Positions 24,703 to 36,815 of a stretch of 64,000 bases of DNA are shown here, in pieces; the first letter of the stretch is position 1; every line of letters begins with the position of its first letter. The DNA is taken from assembly GCA_028534125.1 (NCBI GenBank), contig CM052817.1, positions 46,130,001 through 46,194,000 on the forward strand. The letters run 5' to 3'. The notes below the pieces were generated by a model, which searched no databases, was not told the origin of the DNA, and saw only the letters and a list, made by a program, of their open reading frames with translations. The position numbers were made by a program, and so were the translations under genes. Origin of the DNA: Lama glama (Eukaryota).

Positions 24703-26613
24703 ATAACAAGGTTATAAATCGCTCTGTAATTTGATACTTTAAAGGATAATTAAATCTAAGTAATAAAGAATTTTATTTTTTCTCAACAGAGGAGGTATGT
24801 ATATGTTAAGAAAACTGCACATTCTCTGGGTAAAACAAAAATTTAAAACTAAATTACACAAGAGCATCAAAGTTTGAGATTTCTTATGTTTCAAACTTGA
24901 CACATAACAATCCTCTGAAGTAGTTATTAGCCCCAAACAACCTCAACCCAGATAAATTGTCTTGTCCAAGATCAATTATCTAGTGACCATAGAAAGTAAA
25001 ACTTAGGAATCTATCTTTTGATATCGTCTCATAACCTTTCAATGATTTGAAAATACCTTTTGAAAAGTTTAGAACTATCTCCTTCCCACTCCATATTTCT
25101 CCTACAATATAAGTGATGCTTCAATTGCTGTTACGGAGTTGGGGTGGGGTGGAAATCATCTTTCTTAAATGACAAAAAAATTGCTAAAGTTTGGATTTCA
25201 CTGTCAGTTGAACAAAGATGGAGAAAGATGACTTTGTCCACATGGTCTTCTTGAGAGAATGAACTAGATTCTCATCCAAGCCAATTTTGTTCTACTTCTC
25301 AATATAATTTTGACCTGCACTTTCACTTCTGAAGAGTTCTCGATGTGTGCTTTTACATCCATGAAGCTCCTCCATGCTTCTTCAGTGATGGGAGGAGATA
25401 TTACCAATTCTCCCACTGCAAAAGGGCCATCCAGGTCCATGGTGCAAATGCACATTTCTCTACCTGCAAAGAATCGTTTCTTTATCCTTAGCACAAATTA
25501 GACCCTAGTCTTTCCTGTTCGGAATTGCTTACAACTGCAATCTGCAACTATTATAGAATTAAGCTAATTTCTTTAAGGTGTTGCTTTGTAGTCTTTTTTT
25601 TTTTTCCCCTCAAAGGTTTTTAGTATTGTTAGTTTTTCTACTGTTGGAAACTGTGTTCCAGCTGGCCAGGCCACAAGTGAAATATTTGCCTTTATGAATT
25701 AAAGAATGTACAGGGCAGGGCGTGCCTCTACAAAAACTGGGCTGGCCTAACCTGTGACGCTCCCTTGGACATAGTCCATCACTCAGGATGGTTTCTGTCA
25801 GACTTGATACGTTAATCCAACATCCGGGTATTTTACAGAAGAAACTATAAATAATTTTAAATGCTTCTATCAAATGAAAGTGTTTAGACTACAGTTCCAA
25901 CAGATGTACATAGCCAACAAACTAGCAAAATTGGTTCTAAATCATGTGTCCATCTACACAGCTCTATTGCTTTAAAAGAGTGGTTCTTAAGCTTCCCTCA
26001 ACTTCATCTCTGCCCCTGAGTGTTGCCAAATACAGTAAAGGAGTAAGTGGAAGTAATCAAAAGACTGAAACAACCCAGCCACGGACAATTTTGATATCCA
26101 CCACCCTGTCACCCTTATAAATCACAACTCATTATTTTAAAGTCATACAGGGAAAGAATAGATGCTAAAGTCATATCCATATATTCCATTAATCTTTCAG
26201 CTTTTCATGACATTACTGTCATTTGACCATGATAATCTTTCTGTAATTCAACTGCAAATACTACATTTGAGTTTTTGATCTTGACCATGGGTCCTTGCTA
26301 AGAAAATAATTCACTATGATGTTAAAGATTCTGAAATACCAGAGGGTCAGTAAACAGATCTGGTGGCCAGCTCCACCTTGGTAACTAAGACACAGAAGAA
26401 TTCTGTTCTAAATGATAATGGGGCAGAGGATCTGAAAACTCAAAACTGGCCGTTGGAACATCTATTTCAATAATGTTATGAAAATAAAAGTCCCTTTGGA
26501 GGCCACTATTTCTGTTAAATTTCCAAATGGGCTTCAGGTGTCTAAAGCTCCTGTCCATCTGTCTACCTTCACCTTTCAGGGATTTGTTTCAGTGAAATGG
26601 CCAACTGTGCCAG

Positions 26614-26668
26614 CAGGAAGTGATGCCGATGACTCACAGGATACAAATCACCTCTACTCTGTGAGTCA
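26614..26668. promoter_or_regulatory. Candidate AP-1/ETS enhancer in intron 1
   Basis: CAGGAAGT (26614-26621), TGACTCA (26630-26636) and TGAGTCA (26662-26668) within 55 bp of non-repeat sequence. Confidence 0.45.
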
Positions 26669-27453
26669 GAGCCGAGCCCACACCTTACACAACACCGGGG
26701 ACAACGTGTGGGAGAGGCTGAGTACCACCACCCCAGTAGGGGATACTAAACGTCGTGGGCCCCGAGCACTAAGTAAGAAGTGCTTGCGTGAAAGTCAGGA
26801 GGAGTGACAGATGTAGAAAACATCCTTTTCATTGCATATGGTTTCTTTTGTCCTTGTTTCCTTATGGCCACACAGAGGGGCCATCTAGAAGGAGACTGAC
26901 ATTTGGTGACTGGCTGACCAAACCTATTCTGCAATAATCTTGACGTTCTCAGAGATAAAACGACTTTCCTGAATAACAATCAAGCAAATACAAATGATCT
27001 CAAATAAAATGAGACAGGTTGCAGAATGAAAGGAATGCACTTTATTTTCCCAATTGAACCTTTTAAGATATTTAGACCAGAACAGCAAATTCAAATGAAT
27101 CATAGTATTTGTCCAGCCCAAACAGGCAGCAGAATCTGCTCTGTTCACACTTCTGCTGTGGTCACCTGCCTGTGTGCTCATGGACTGTTAGTTCTCTACC
27201 TTCTCCACGGCAGTCTGTGATTTTAGGATTTGTCTGTAACGTAGCAGGCTTGTTAGGTCTTGTATACTTTCAAGGAGTGAATATGCTGTCACCGTTTCTA
27301 GATGTCTTTTTGTTTTAAATTAAATTCCACTATTAGATAAAGTCATGCCCCACTTGGTTAAAATAATAGCAAATTCTTTATCACATCAGACACTGAAAAT
27401 AATTAATGTCAGTTCTTTCTAGTAACAGTCTATTTTTCAGAGACTAGTGTACA

Positions 27454-27502
27454 AATATATATATATCTATCTATCTCATTATATATATATATATATATAT
27501 AT
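27454..27502. repeat. (TA)n microsatellite
   Basis: Direct reading. Confidence 0.9.
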
Positions 27503-28779
27503 GTATCTGTATATTGTAAACCTTGCCTTCTACCATCAATCATTTTCTTCCTACAGTTTTTCAGTGTTACTCTTATAACTAAGCTTCATTAAAAGAGATT
27601 AAAAACAGGATAACGAGATGAAACCAGAGGTTGATATAATAATGGGTTACAAATAAATCTTTTAATTTTGAGATTCAAATACAGTCATAAGATCTCCCTT
27701 GTCAAGTGTCAAGAAAAGATTTAATAGGCCGCATTTTTCAGTTCATAGGCATTAAATCAAACCCTTCAATTTCAGTAGTAATTTCTAAATCATACTTCAA
27801 AGCACTCATACAGTTCAGTGATCATACAATACTGTAGCTAAAGCTACTCAAATCAAGAATCAGTGAGTCAAAATATAAGAGTATAGTTTACTTTGGCCTA
27901 AACATGGATTTAAAGGTGTATGTCTTATTCATAATGGAAATGTCCTCCTAAGGCAGGAGAAAGCACATCAGCTACTGGATAAAACTACTGTACACTTAAT
28001 TTATATTGATCTGGGTGCTTTGGAACTTTGTGACTAAGAGCTCTAAATATGGGAATTGCAGCCCCTAAAACCAAAGATTCATGTCTAGAATATTACTTCA
28101 AACGGTCTATTGAAAATATGTATTTTTTTCTTCAAGATAATGTTACATGGTAGGGTCTTTTTATAAACTTTTCTATCTTTATTCCCTTCCATGTTGTTTC
28201 TCACACTTACCCCTATTGATCCAATTCAGAAATTTAAATTTCTATTACTTTACTGTTTTGACATAAAAATCTCCTAAAGGAGCAGCAGTTTGGATTATAA
28301 ATGTTTGCCATTTAACTTTTTTCCCGTTATGGTCGTATTGCATCCTAAGGGTTTGAAGACTTAATGACATTTTTTAAACCATATTGACTATCTTATCATT
28401 CGTTCTTTTATATAGAAGCCTATTGCCAAAAAATGAATTTGCATAAGGATACAGTTTTAATCAGTGATCATCAAAACACAAAAAGAGAAAATGAGTACAT
28501 AAAAGATGATTTTAAAAGCCTCAAAGTGAATCGCTTTTCATTGAAAGAATCGATGTAATGCACCTAGCACAACGGAAGCTGCTGAGAAACTTTATTGTGT
28601 GAAAATACATTTTTTGGTTAACACTGGAGACTTCAGCTTCCATGAGAAGCATGTATGCACCTGTAGTATGACAGGAGGGTGGGAAGGGCTTAGTCATACT
28701 TAATAAATGGGGAAGAAGGAGGGCGCAGCTTAGCCTTTGCTTACTTTTAGTAACTACATGTCTCAGTAATATCTGTTCA

Positions 28780-29450
28780 ATAAATATCTACTGATATTTT
28801 TCTAGATGCAAGATACTGAACAAGATGCTGAAAGGAAAACTGATGCAAAGGATAGAGTTCTTGTTCTAAATAGAGTTAGTGAGGCTAGATACCAGGGAGA
28901 GGGAAGGAGAGAATTCACAGATGATGCCAAGTTTCTGGCCAGAAAATCTCCAGGGAGGTGGAGCCATTAGAAGAGTAGACGACACAGCCAGGATAGAAGG
29001 TTCATGGTGGCATTTGTAGCTAGTCCACAGGACGGGAGGACTTAATGAGTGAAGGGATTTGAGTTTGTAGCTCATATGTCCTCTATGTATATTTATGAGG
29101 CCCTTGGGAAGATAGATCTTGAGTAAAAGAATAAGAATGGACTCGATGGAGTCTATTTGAAAGTCATATGACGAACTACCACCTTTAAAGGCCTAGGAGT
29201 CATTTAAATGTTCCAAGGGAAATAGTATGGAATGGCAAATAATAAAAGTTTGGGAAATATGTGATAAGGAGTGGATAGAAATGGCCAAGGAAACTGGAGA
29301 AAAAAGGAAGTTCAGTCTCGTGGGAGACAAGAGAACAGAGTTATCAAAGGAGGCACAGAGTGGTCAGCAATGCGATGACTGAAGAAAGGAGGAGTGACTG
29401 GATCGTGAATAATATTCATCATTGTTCAGGGCCAATGGTGCTGAAGTCAG
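28780..29450 (-). mobile_element. L2 fragment in intron 1
   Basis: caataaatatctactga...gatgatgccaagtttctggcc...atggagtctatttgaaagtcatatg...agtggtcagcaatg. Confidence 0.55.
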
Positions 29451-29617
29451 CAATAAAAATTGCTAACTTTTTTTTTAACACTAGAATTGGTTTTATATTT
29501 GCATCCAGCTTATCGTTAATATGATTTTTTTCTTCCTTGGTAACTCACTGATTACTGATTACTAAAACTGTGAATCATGAGTGGCAATGTGTTATAGCTA
29601 TGGAAAACACATTAGCT

Positions 29618-29842
29618 AGTGCTTCCCACCCTAGTGTAATTTTGTCAGCCAGGGACATTTAGCAATGTCTGGAGACATTTTTGATTGTCATAACTGGCCT
29701 GGGAGGCGGGGGTGGGGGTGCTCCTGACATCTAGTGGGTAGCGGCCAGGGTCTCTGCTAAACACCCTGCAGTGGATCGGACAGTCCACAACAAAGAATTA
29801 TCCAGTCCACAATGTAAATAGACCCGAGGCTGAAAAACCTTG
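29618..29842 (+). mobile_element. MER20 hAT DNA transposon interrupting a MIR-family element
   Basis: Matches the recalled MER20 consensus (gggacatttagcaatgtctggagacatttttg...catctagtgggtag...cacaacaaagaattatcc...gaggctgaaaaaccttg). Near-identical 8-mers CATTAGCT and CATTAGAT flank it. Confidence 0.85.
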
Positions 29843-30084
29843 CATTAGATCCGTAAGATACAGAATCTAGTTCTAGCTCAGATACTAAGTTTATCCCTCT
29901 GCAGCTGGGTTTCCTTATCTCTAAAAACAGCACCCATGAGTAGGGTGGAGTAGAGGGGGAGATGGAATTTAGATCAGGTTACTCTAAGTTTCCTTTCATT
30001 TCTAAAACGGTACTTTTTTTTTTCTTACTGACTATCCATCACTCAGTCATTTCACTGACCCAGCCTCTCACTCTGTCTCTCTCA

Positions 30085-30115
30085 TACACAGACACAAAGA
30101 CACACACACATACAC

Positions 30116-30149
<34 letters not shown>
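30085..30149. repeat. (CA)n microsatellite
   Basis: Direct reading. Confidence 0.95.
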
Positions 30150-30151
<2 letters not shown>

Positions 30152-32319
30152 GCTGATATACTTAAATTTTTTTGGCATACCATCAGTGAATACAGACTCC
30201 ATTAAGAGAAATGGGAAAAATAAGGAAGAAAAATTATTCAACTTTATTATTAAATAGAATTGAATTTTCAAGAACTATTGCTTAATCAGAATATTTTGCC
30301 TCTCAGCACATTTTCAAAGAACAGCTGGTTGAGTCAAAATATAGTGCTGAGAACTCGGAATAAGTAACCTTTTAATCATCCATCCCACAACATTTATTGG
30401 GTGATTAATATAAGTCAGTCACAATGTGAATGATAAAAGACAAGTACAGTAGTACTTAGAGAGACCGGCCAGATACACACTTACAGTGCGACGTAAGAAG
30501 AGTAGGCCCGAAGGACTCAGAGAGGTGCAAAGGGCTGGGGGCAGACTGCCCATTTATTTTCCAGTGGTGACAGAAAGATGGAGGAGAGTATCAGAGAAAG
30601 CTTAATAGTTTTCTTCAGACTTAAAGGATGAGTTGAACTTTCACCAAAAGTGAAGTGTGAGTTGGGAGTATCCGCAGTAGAGGATACAGCCTATTCAAAA
30701 ATCAGCCCTTACATGCTGGGTAATTCACTTCTTTTGAATTCTGTTTTCTCATCTGTAAAATGGAAATGATTACAAAACCCTACCCGGCAAAAGGAAGTTA
30801 TTATAAGGATCAAATGAGGCCTTTTTCTTAAAAAAAAAAAAAAAAAACAGCACTTGCTGTTGCTGCTAACAGCTCTAATTTTAAAAGTGTTTTTTTAAAA
30901 AATTAATATTATCATATTTATAATATCCATATACAATAACAATGTAGTTATTACAATCTCCATTCTACAGATGAGAAAACTGAAGCTCAAAGAGGAATAA
31001 ACCTTTGTGAAAGTATGAAATAAAAGAACTGGGGTATGAAACTTGTGTTTTATATACTATGTCCCTTGATTCAAAACTATAAAGTTTGCCATACCTGAAT
31101 GTGTGTGTGTGTGTGTGTACGATAATCGAGAAAGAAAGGCTCTTCTTATCGTAAGGATTTTCAAAAGGATTTGTATTTAACTCACTTTCATGCCTCAAAT
31201 TTAAAATTCAGGATTTTTTGTCTAAGTGATTAAGGGTTAACACTTTTTTTTCCTGGAGAATTATCAAGTTGTCTTGTGTATTATAAATAGTAACCTAGTT
31301 AATTAAATCATTAATTTAACCTAGAATGTCACTGCACCTTTTTTTGCCCTGTCACTAGACATCCAGTCTTACATCAACTGCATCGCCAGAGGACACTGAG
31401 TCTGTTGCATTTCTTCATTTTTTCAAAGGTTCCAGGATGGTCATACCAAGGCCATGGGTGTCACGGTGCTCCTCCCTAAGGAGCTCCCTATTACAGCTTT
31501 GAGGAGTCTTCCCATTGTCTTCTGAAGGAATGCTCCTAACAGCAGTTACAGCCAGATGAATTAGACAATTTGCATAAGCCTGTATTCAGAGTGAGGACTG
31601 ACAGATGAGAAAACCACACCTTAATTTACAGTCTCTTTAAAGAGGATTTCTTAACATGACATTTGTATCTCCTGGGTGATCATTAACCAGAAAATGCAAG
31701 CTTCTTGGGCAAAAATGGAAAGAAGACATTCAAATTCATTTTTTCCAAAGTGACTGTGCGACTATTGTTCTTTTTTTTTTAGCCAAGGAAGTATGTTTAT
31801 TTTCTCACTGGTAATAGAAATGTACTGTAGATTCCAACTTGGTCCCTCATATATAGTACGTTCAATTCACAGTAACACTGTAAATTGATACAGGAAATCA
31901 GTCAGTCAAAAAGGACATGGGTGTCCTTCTCTTTGATTGTTTTACTTAATTTACATCTTGGAAAACACAGAAATAAAGGCCTTGATCAACTGATGTCAAT
32001 GGTTATTTCATAATAAAAGTCATTTCCAGGGTATGTTGATTAAAAACGCTGAATACAGGTTAAGTAAAAAATTCAACATGTCTTAGCAGAGTTAGAGGAA
32101 ACAGTCACATCTTCTCTGTGCCTGATTTTGAGTGATACCATAAAGATACCATTTTTGCACATATACTGGTCCCCATAACAGGTTCTAAGCCCTGGGGCAG
32201 ACGCCAGACTACTCTGGAATTTCTCTATTAGAATCAGTTATTTTTATTACATTCCTGATAACTCTGAGACCCTCCGGCTCCTTCCACATTTCTCCAGAAT
32301 GACCTTGACATTTGCTATC

Positions 32320-32500
32320 TCTAAGTCCTTGTAGGTATCTCACTTCACTGAGCCTTAGGTTCTTCATTTGTCAAACTGGGCCAATCATACCTACCTTGTA
32401 GAGTTATTTTAAGAAGTAAATGAGATGAGATTGTAAAACACCTAACACGCGACATGGCTGGCACACAGGAGGCGTTAGGTAACTGTTAGTTCTGTTCCCA
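32320..32500 (+). mobile_element. MIR SINE
   Basis: cacttcactgagccttaggttcttcatttgtcaaactggg...atacctaccttgtagagttattttaagaagtaaatgagat. Confidence 0.7.
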
Positions 32501-34389
32501 ACTCCTGTATTTGGGCCTCAGTGCTGAGCCACACACCCCAATTACCTAAGTTGCTCTTGCTTGTATGGCAAGATGATGCGGAAGGCAGCTAGGGAACCTG
32601 GGTCAAAAATTCAGCCTGGAGAGGCCTGTCATCAAGTTTTCAGCCTATGATGTGTCACCTCTGGTTGTGACAACATGGGCAGCTTATAAACTCTCGGGGT
32701 CAACAGAAAAGATCTGAGGCCAGCCAGTGTCTCACTGTCATCCCTACTCCTCAGTTTTCAAGAAAGAGTGTTTATTCTGCTCACTTCTCTGTCATTGGGC
32801 AATGAAGTAGGGATGAATTGTCATTGAGATGTCATTCAGGAGCGTGTTCAAAAGTCCATTCAGATATCAGCGGACATGTTTGATTTTTAGATCAAAAGCC
32901 CCTAAACATTCATTGCAGAACTTGAGATAATAATTTCTCATCTTCATTTTGGAACAATCATAAGATGAAAAATGATAATTTAACTCCAAAATTGTGTGTT
33001 ATTTAGAAATGTGTTATCTAGTTTGAGGTATCTCAACCTTTTTACTTAATGTTGAGTAAGCTAAAAGTGCCAGCTAAAAGTGAACTTTTTCATTGTAGTG
33101 CTGCTTTTCTGTGAGACTCTGGGCCAGAGTTTCCCAATACATAAAGTGAGAACATCGATATCAAATATTTATAAAATACAAAAGTAACTAAATGATTGTG
33201 GGAGTGTGTAGCAATTTAAATCTGCATGTGTTTGAGGCAAAATAGGAAAGTGAAGGTGTTTGTATTTTTTTTCCAGCCATAAATCAAGGTAAGTCCACAA
33301 AAAATAATAAAAAATGTTTGCCAAAATCTAAAATAAATGTCTCCTTCTTTTGAAGGATAGACATTTGAGAAAAGCATTTCTAGTTAATTTTTTGTTTGGG
33401 GGCGAGAAATGGCAATTTCAGAAATAACAGATGTTTTTGCCTTTTTCCCATGTGCCTTAGAATAAGACTATTGGACTTGCATACCTCAGTAGAGTATAGA
33501 GATATGATATGGAAATTCAAACAGGAACTTTCCTAGTGGCAGAGAAATATCTAAACAAACTGGGAAAACAGAAACTGACCTCGCTCATTTGGAAATGGGC
33601 TTGGTGGCTGATGAAATAGGTGAACTATAATTAAGTAATGCAATAAAGGACTTAAGCACTTTTATGACAACAAAAACACACACAACACATACACTAGGTG
33701 GGTAGTAACCAGGTTATTCATAGGCTCTTGCTGTCTCAAATTAGAATATTCAATGAGTGGCCCAGAACAGACACCTGCATTGTTCAGAGCAACCTTACAG
33801 GTGGAAAAAAAAAAAAAGTGCTAAGCCATTCTGACCTCTAGGTTGATTTCTAACTCCAGGAAGTCTGTCACCTTTGTAATTTTATTCTTTTCACAGGGAC
33901 TTCAAAACAAAGATAGCAAAGACACACTGAGATTCTTCTAGCAAATCATTCTTACCAAAGTTTGGTAGAAACCACAGATCCAGTTTCCACCTATGTTCTT
34001 GAACTTGGACGAGTAAGTTACGACTATGCATAGTATGCATTTCATAAAGTCTCCCAACTCTTGAGATAAGGCATGTCGAAATAATAATTTAACTGTCACA
34101 TCCTGCACAGATAGAGTTAGGGGAATTCGCCTCATAGCAATTCCAGAAAGAATTTGAGATTGGCAACTTTTATTTCCTTATTACAACTTTCATATACAAA
34201 CCCCAAGTTCCACTTGAAGTTTAGGAACTAGCAATATTTTTTTTTCAAACCAGGGAAGTTACATGAAGATTTTTTCTTTTTTCTTTTTTTTCCGTATGCA
34301 CAAGAACTAAATGATCTCAAATAAGAAGACGGGCATTAAAGTACACTCAGCCACTACAAGCTCTAGGGTGTAATCAGCAGCAAGTGAAG

Positions 34390-35330
34390 AGCGCCTGACC
34401 GGCCTCCCGGGGCGGGGGCTGCGGGGGAAACCGGAAGCGGCAGGCCCTGGGGTCCCGCGCGGCGAGGAGCGCCGGGACCTGCCCGCGTCCCTCCCGCTCC
34501 CGGCACGCAAACACGCTAACACGCCTTTTCATTCCGTCGTGTCCGGCGCTTCAGCACCGCCGACACCGGCGCACACCTGACACAGGCGCGCACCAGCGCC
34601 CCCAGAAGCTTAACCAGGCCTGAGTTAGAAAACTGAGCGCAAGACGGAAAAGCATTTCTCTCCAAAAGGTCTTTAACTGGCGCGGGTCTTGTCGGTTCCC
34701 GCCCCCACCGCGTCTTCTCGGTCTTTGGATTTCTAGAACTGGCAAATTTTCAAAAGGAAAAGCCCAAACCTTTTCAACTTTTTATTTCGCTAAATACAGA
34801 GCTCTATGAATTCATTCATCACATATATAGCACGTTGATTTATCAATGAAAAGCATTTTGAACACAGACCCCCCCCCCCAGCCCTCTTCCATCCCCTGCT
34901 GGAGGGAAAGACTGATTTGCCTAACAAGAGACACCGCGTGAAGTGGAGCACGCCTGAGCCTGGTGGGAAGCTCCGCATTGAGATGACAGCTGCCTCCAGG
35001 CCGCCTGTCCCCACTTGAGCGGCGGGCAAGGGCGGGGGACTCACCCAGGCAGAGCAGCAGCGCGGGGACCTGGCAGGCGCGGAGCGGCTCCATCATCGTC
35101 TCCTGAGGTGAGCGTCTGCGGGGCGCGGGCTGGGCGCGGGCTGGGGGGGCGCGTTGAGCAGAGCCGGGGGGCCACGCGGCTGCCACGTCCGTCCGACAAC
35201 CAGCCTGCCAGGCAAGTGAGTTCGACGGCCCCGCGCCGCGACCTTTATAAGTCTGGGGAGGGGCCGCGGGCCCGAGGACTAACTAGCGGGGTGAGGTACA
35301 AAGTGCCCAGAGTTTCATAATCGGCCCTGA
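34390..35330. promoter_or_regulatory. CpG island over EREG promoter, exon 1 and the start of intron 1
   Basis: Dense CpG and high GC in an otherwise AT-rich, CpG-depleted window; split by a short AT-rich gap at about 34740-34860. Confidence 0.85.
35045..35096 (-). CDS. EREG: EREG coding exon 1 (signal peptide; MMEPLRACQVPALLLCL+G)
   Basis: The minus strand reads gagacgATGATGGAG...CTG G|gtgagt. Both ATGs have A at -3. 52 nt, phase 1 donor at 35044. Confidence 0.93.
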
Positions 35331-35365
35331 GGGAGGAGTGGCCCGAGGACTGTCCGGATGTCATC
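35210..35365 (-). promoter_or_regulatory. EREG core promoter: TATA box, Inr-like start, GC box
   Basis: TATAAA at 35244-35249 (minus) lies about 30 nt upstream of TCACTTGCCTG (about 35219), which resembles the recalled 5' end of human EREG mRNA. GGGGAGGGG box near 35255-35263; CCGGATGT ETS-like site at 35354-35361. Confidence 0.85.
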
Positions 35366-35631
35366 CTCCCTCTGTGAACACCTGAGAGTGGCTGAGGAAT
35401 GAAAAATTGCCCTTCTGGTGAGCCGGGGACTACTCCCCAAACTTTTCCATCTTCTTCTCGGGCTCCTGCGGGAGGAGGTGGGGAGCATGGACCAGAAGGG
35501 TTGGTTTGCTCCGTGGGGTCACCAGCCGGATAGTGGGTGGTGTTTTTAGTTGCTCTGGGTGACAGGCATAACCTGAATCAGTCAGCCGGCCAGCCCGAGC
35601 TGGCGCTCCCACTACATGCTTTTGGAAAGGG

Positions 35632-35653
35632 GTGTGTGTGTGTGTGTGTGTGT
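35632..35653. repeat. (GT)n microsatellite about 410 bp upstream of the EREG TSS
   Basis: Direct reading. Confidence 0.9.
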
Positions 35654-36619
35654 GAGACTTGTGGACATTCTTGAAATCTGTCAGTGGCTCGAGGGCTCTC
35701 CTTGTACCCGCCACCGCCCAGAGGTGTTTTTCGGGTCTGCACCTTACTTTGCAGCCCCTCTGCTTCCTGCCTGGTACAATAGTTATGGCTTCAAAGCATA
35801 GTTATTATGAAGAAAAGCCCCTAAATTATGTTTTTTTCTGTCGTGTTTGCCATCCATCAGCCTGCTGCTTTTGATTTACTTTCCCCGAATTTTGCTTTAA
35901 TCCTGTCACTCTCCAGTACAAACAAAGTATTTCAGTGACTTTCCATTAACTGTTGGACAAGGCCTGACACAAATGGGAACCCAGCAGTCTTCTCAACCTC
36001 AGCTCCCACTAGTTCACCAGACAGACGGCCCGCACCGCGGCCAGGCTGGGAAGCTCGCCGTGCCTTTGCTTACTCCCACTTTCCTCCCTGTGCTGGTGGA
36101 GTCACGGTTTGGGGAAATGGCTGCCTTTTCCTGGAGCTACTCAGATCCTACTCACTTTCACAGTTCTCCTCAAGGGCCTGGATTTCTTGAGCCTACAGGG
36201 ATCTCTTTTCGTTCTGATCTCTTAACAGCTTGTATTGTTTCTCTTTGCCCTAGTCTCATAGAATTCTAGATCTGGTACTTCATACCTGATGAAATTACTT
36301 TGAATTGAATACCTTTTCTTGTTTGTCAGTCATATGTTCAGAACTGTCTGAATACATACATTGTCTTACTTGTTATTGTTATTGCATTTCCTCCGTGGGC
36401 CTAAAAACAGTGAGTCAGTTTAGCAGTACTGACAGCATATTTGAATAGAAAATTGAATCTAATGGATGTTGAAAACTCTTTGTGTTTCTACTGTTTGTTT
36501 TCTTCTTGTTGTTCCTTTCCTTGTTTTTGTTTGTTTTTTGTTTTGGCCTCTTTCTCCCTTATCTCAAGTATCTTTAGTGTCCAGAACACTCTTGTTGGAA
36601 ACAAATACTTTATCTTTCT

Positions 36620-36815
36620 TTCAGTGGTTAGAAGATCATGGGTTCTGGATTTAGATTGTCTGCATGGGAATCCTTGGATGAGTTATTTAATCTCTCTCAG
36701 TTTCCTCACATGTAAAATAGGGTTAGTGATAGTATCTAACAGATAGGAAGGTAATGAAAGTGCTTTTCGCAGCGCTAGTACAGAGCTGGCACTCATTAAA
36801 AATACCTATTATGTT
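36620..36815 (+). mobile_element. MIR SINE
   Basis: cagtggttagaagatcatgggttctgga...ctcagtttcctcacatgtaaaataggg. Confidence 0.7.

Larger units (their letters stand above)
15210..35219 (-). other. EREG: Epiregulin gene, full span from TSS to approximate poly(A) site; 5 exons
   Basis: Five GT-AG exons splice into an open 164-aa frame: MMEPLRACQVPALLLCLGFHLLQAVLSTTVIPSCIPGESEDNCTALVQTEDNPRVAQVSITKCSSDMNGYCLHGQCIYLVDMSENYCRCEVGYTGVRCEHFFLTVQQPLSKEYVALTVILVILFLVIVAGSMYYFCRWYRNRKGKEPKKEYERVTSGEPTLPQV. This matches proepiregulin as recalled. The 3' end is estimated from poly(A) signals. Confidence 0.96.

Noticed and set aside
25264..25501. Overlapping protein-like ORFs in intron 1
   Set aside because: No recognisable family, no convincing splice sites, and no poly(A)/TSD; a BLASTX search would be needed to revive it.
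34812..35186. 124-aa ORF covering EREG exon 1
   Set aside because: It starts at GTG and runs through the canonical GTGAGT donor into intron 1; only 35045-35096 is supported as coding.
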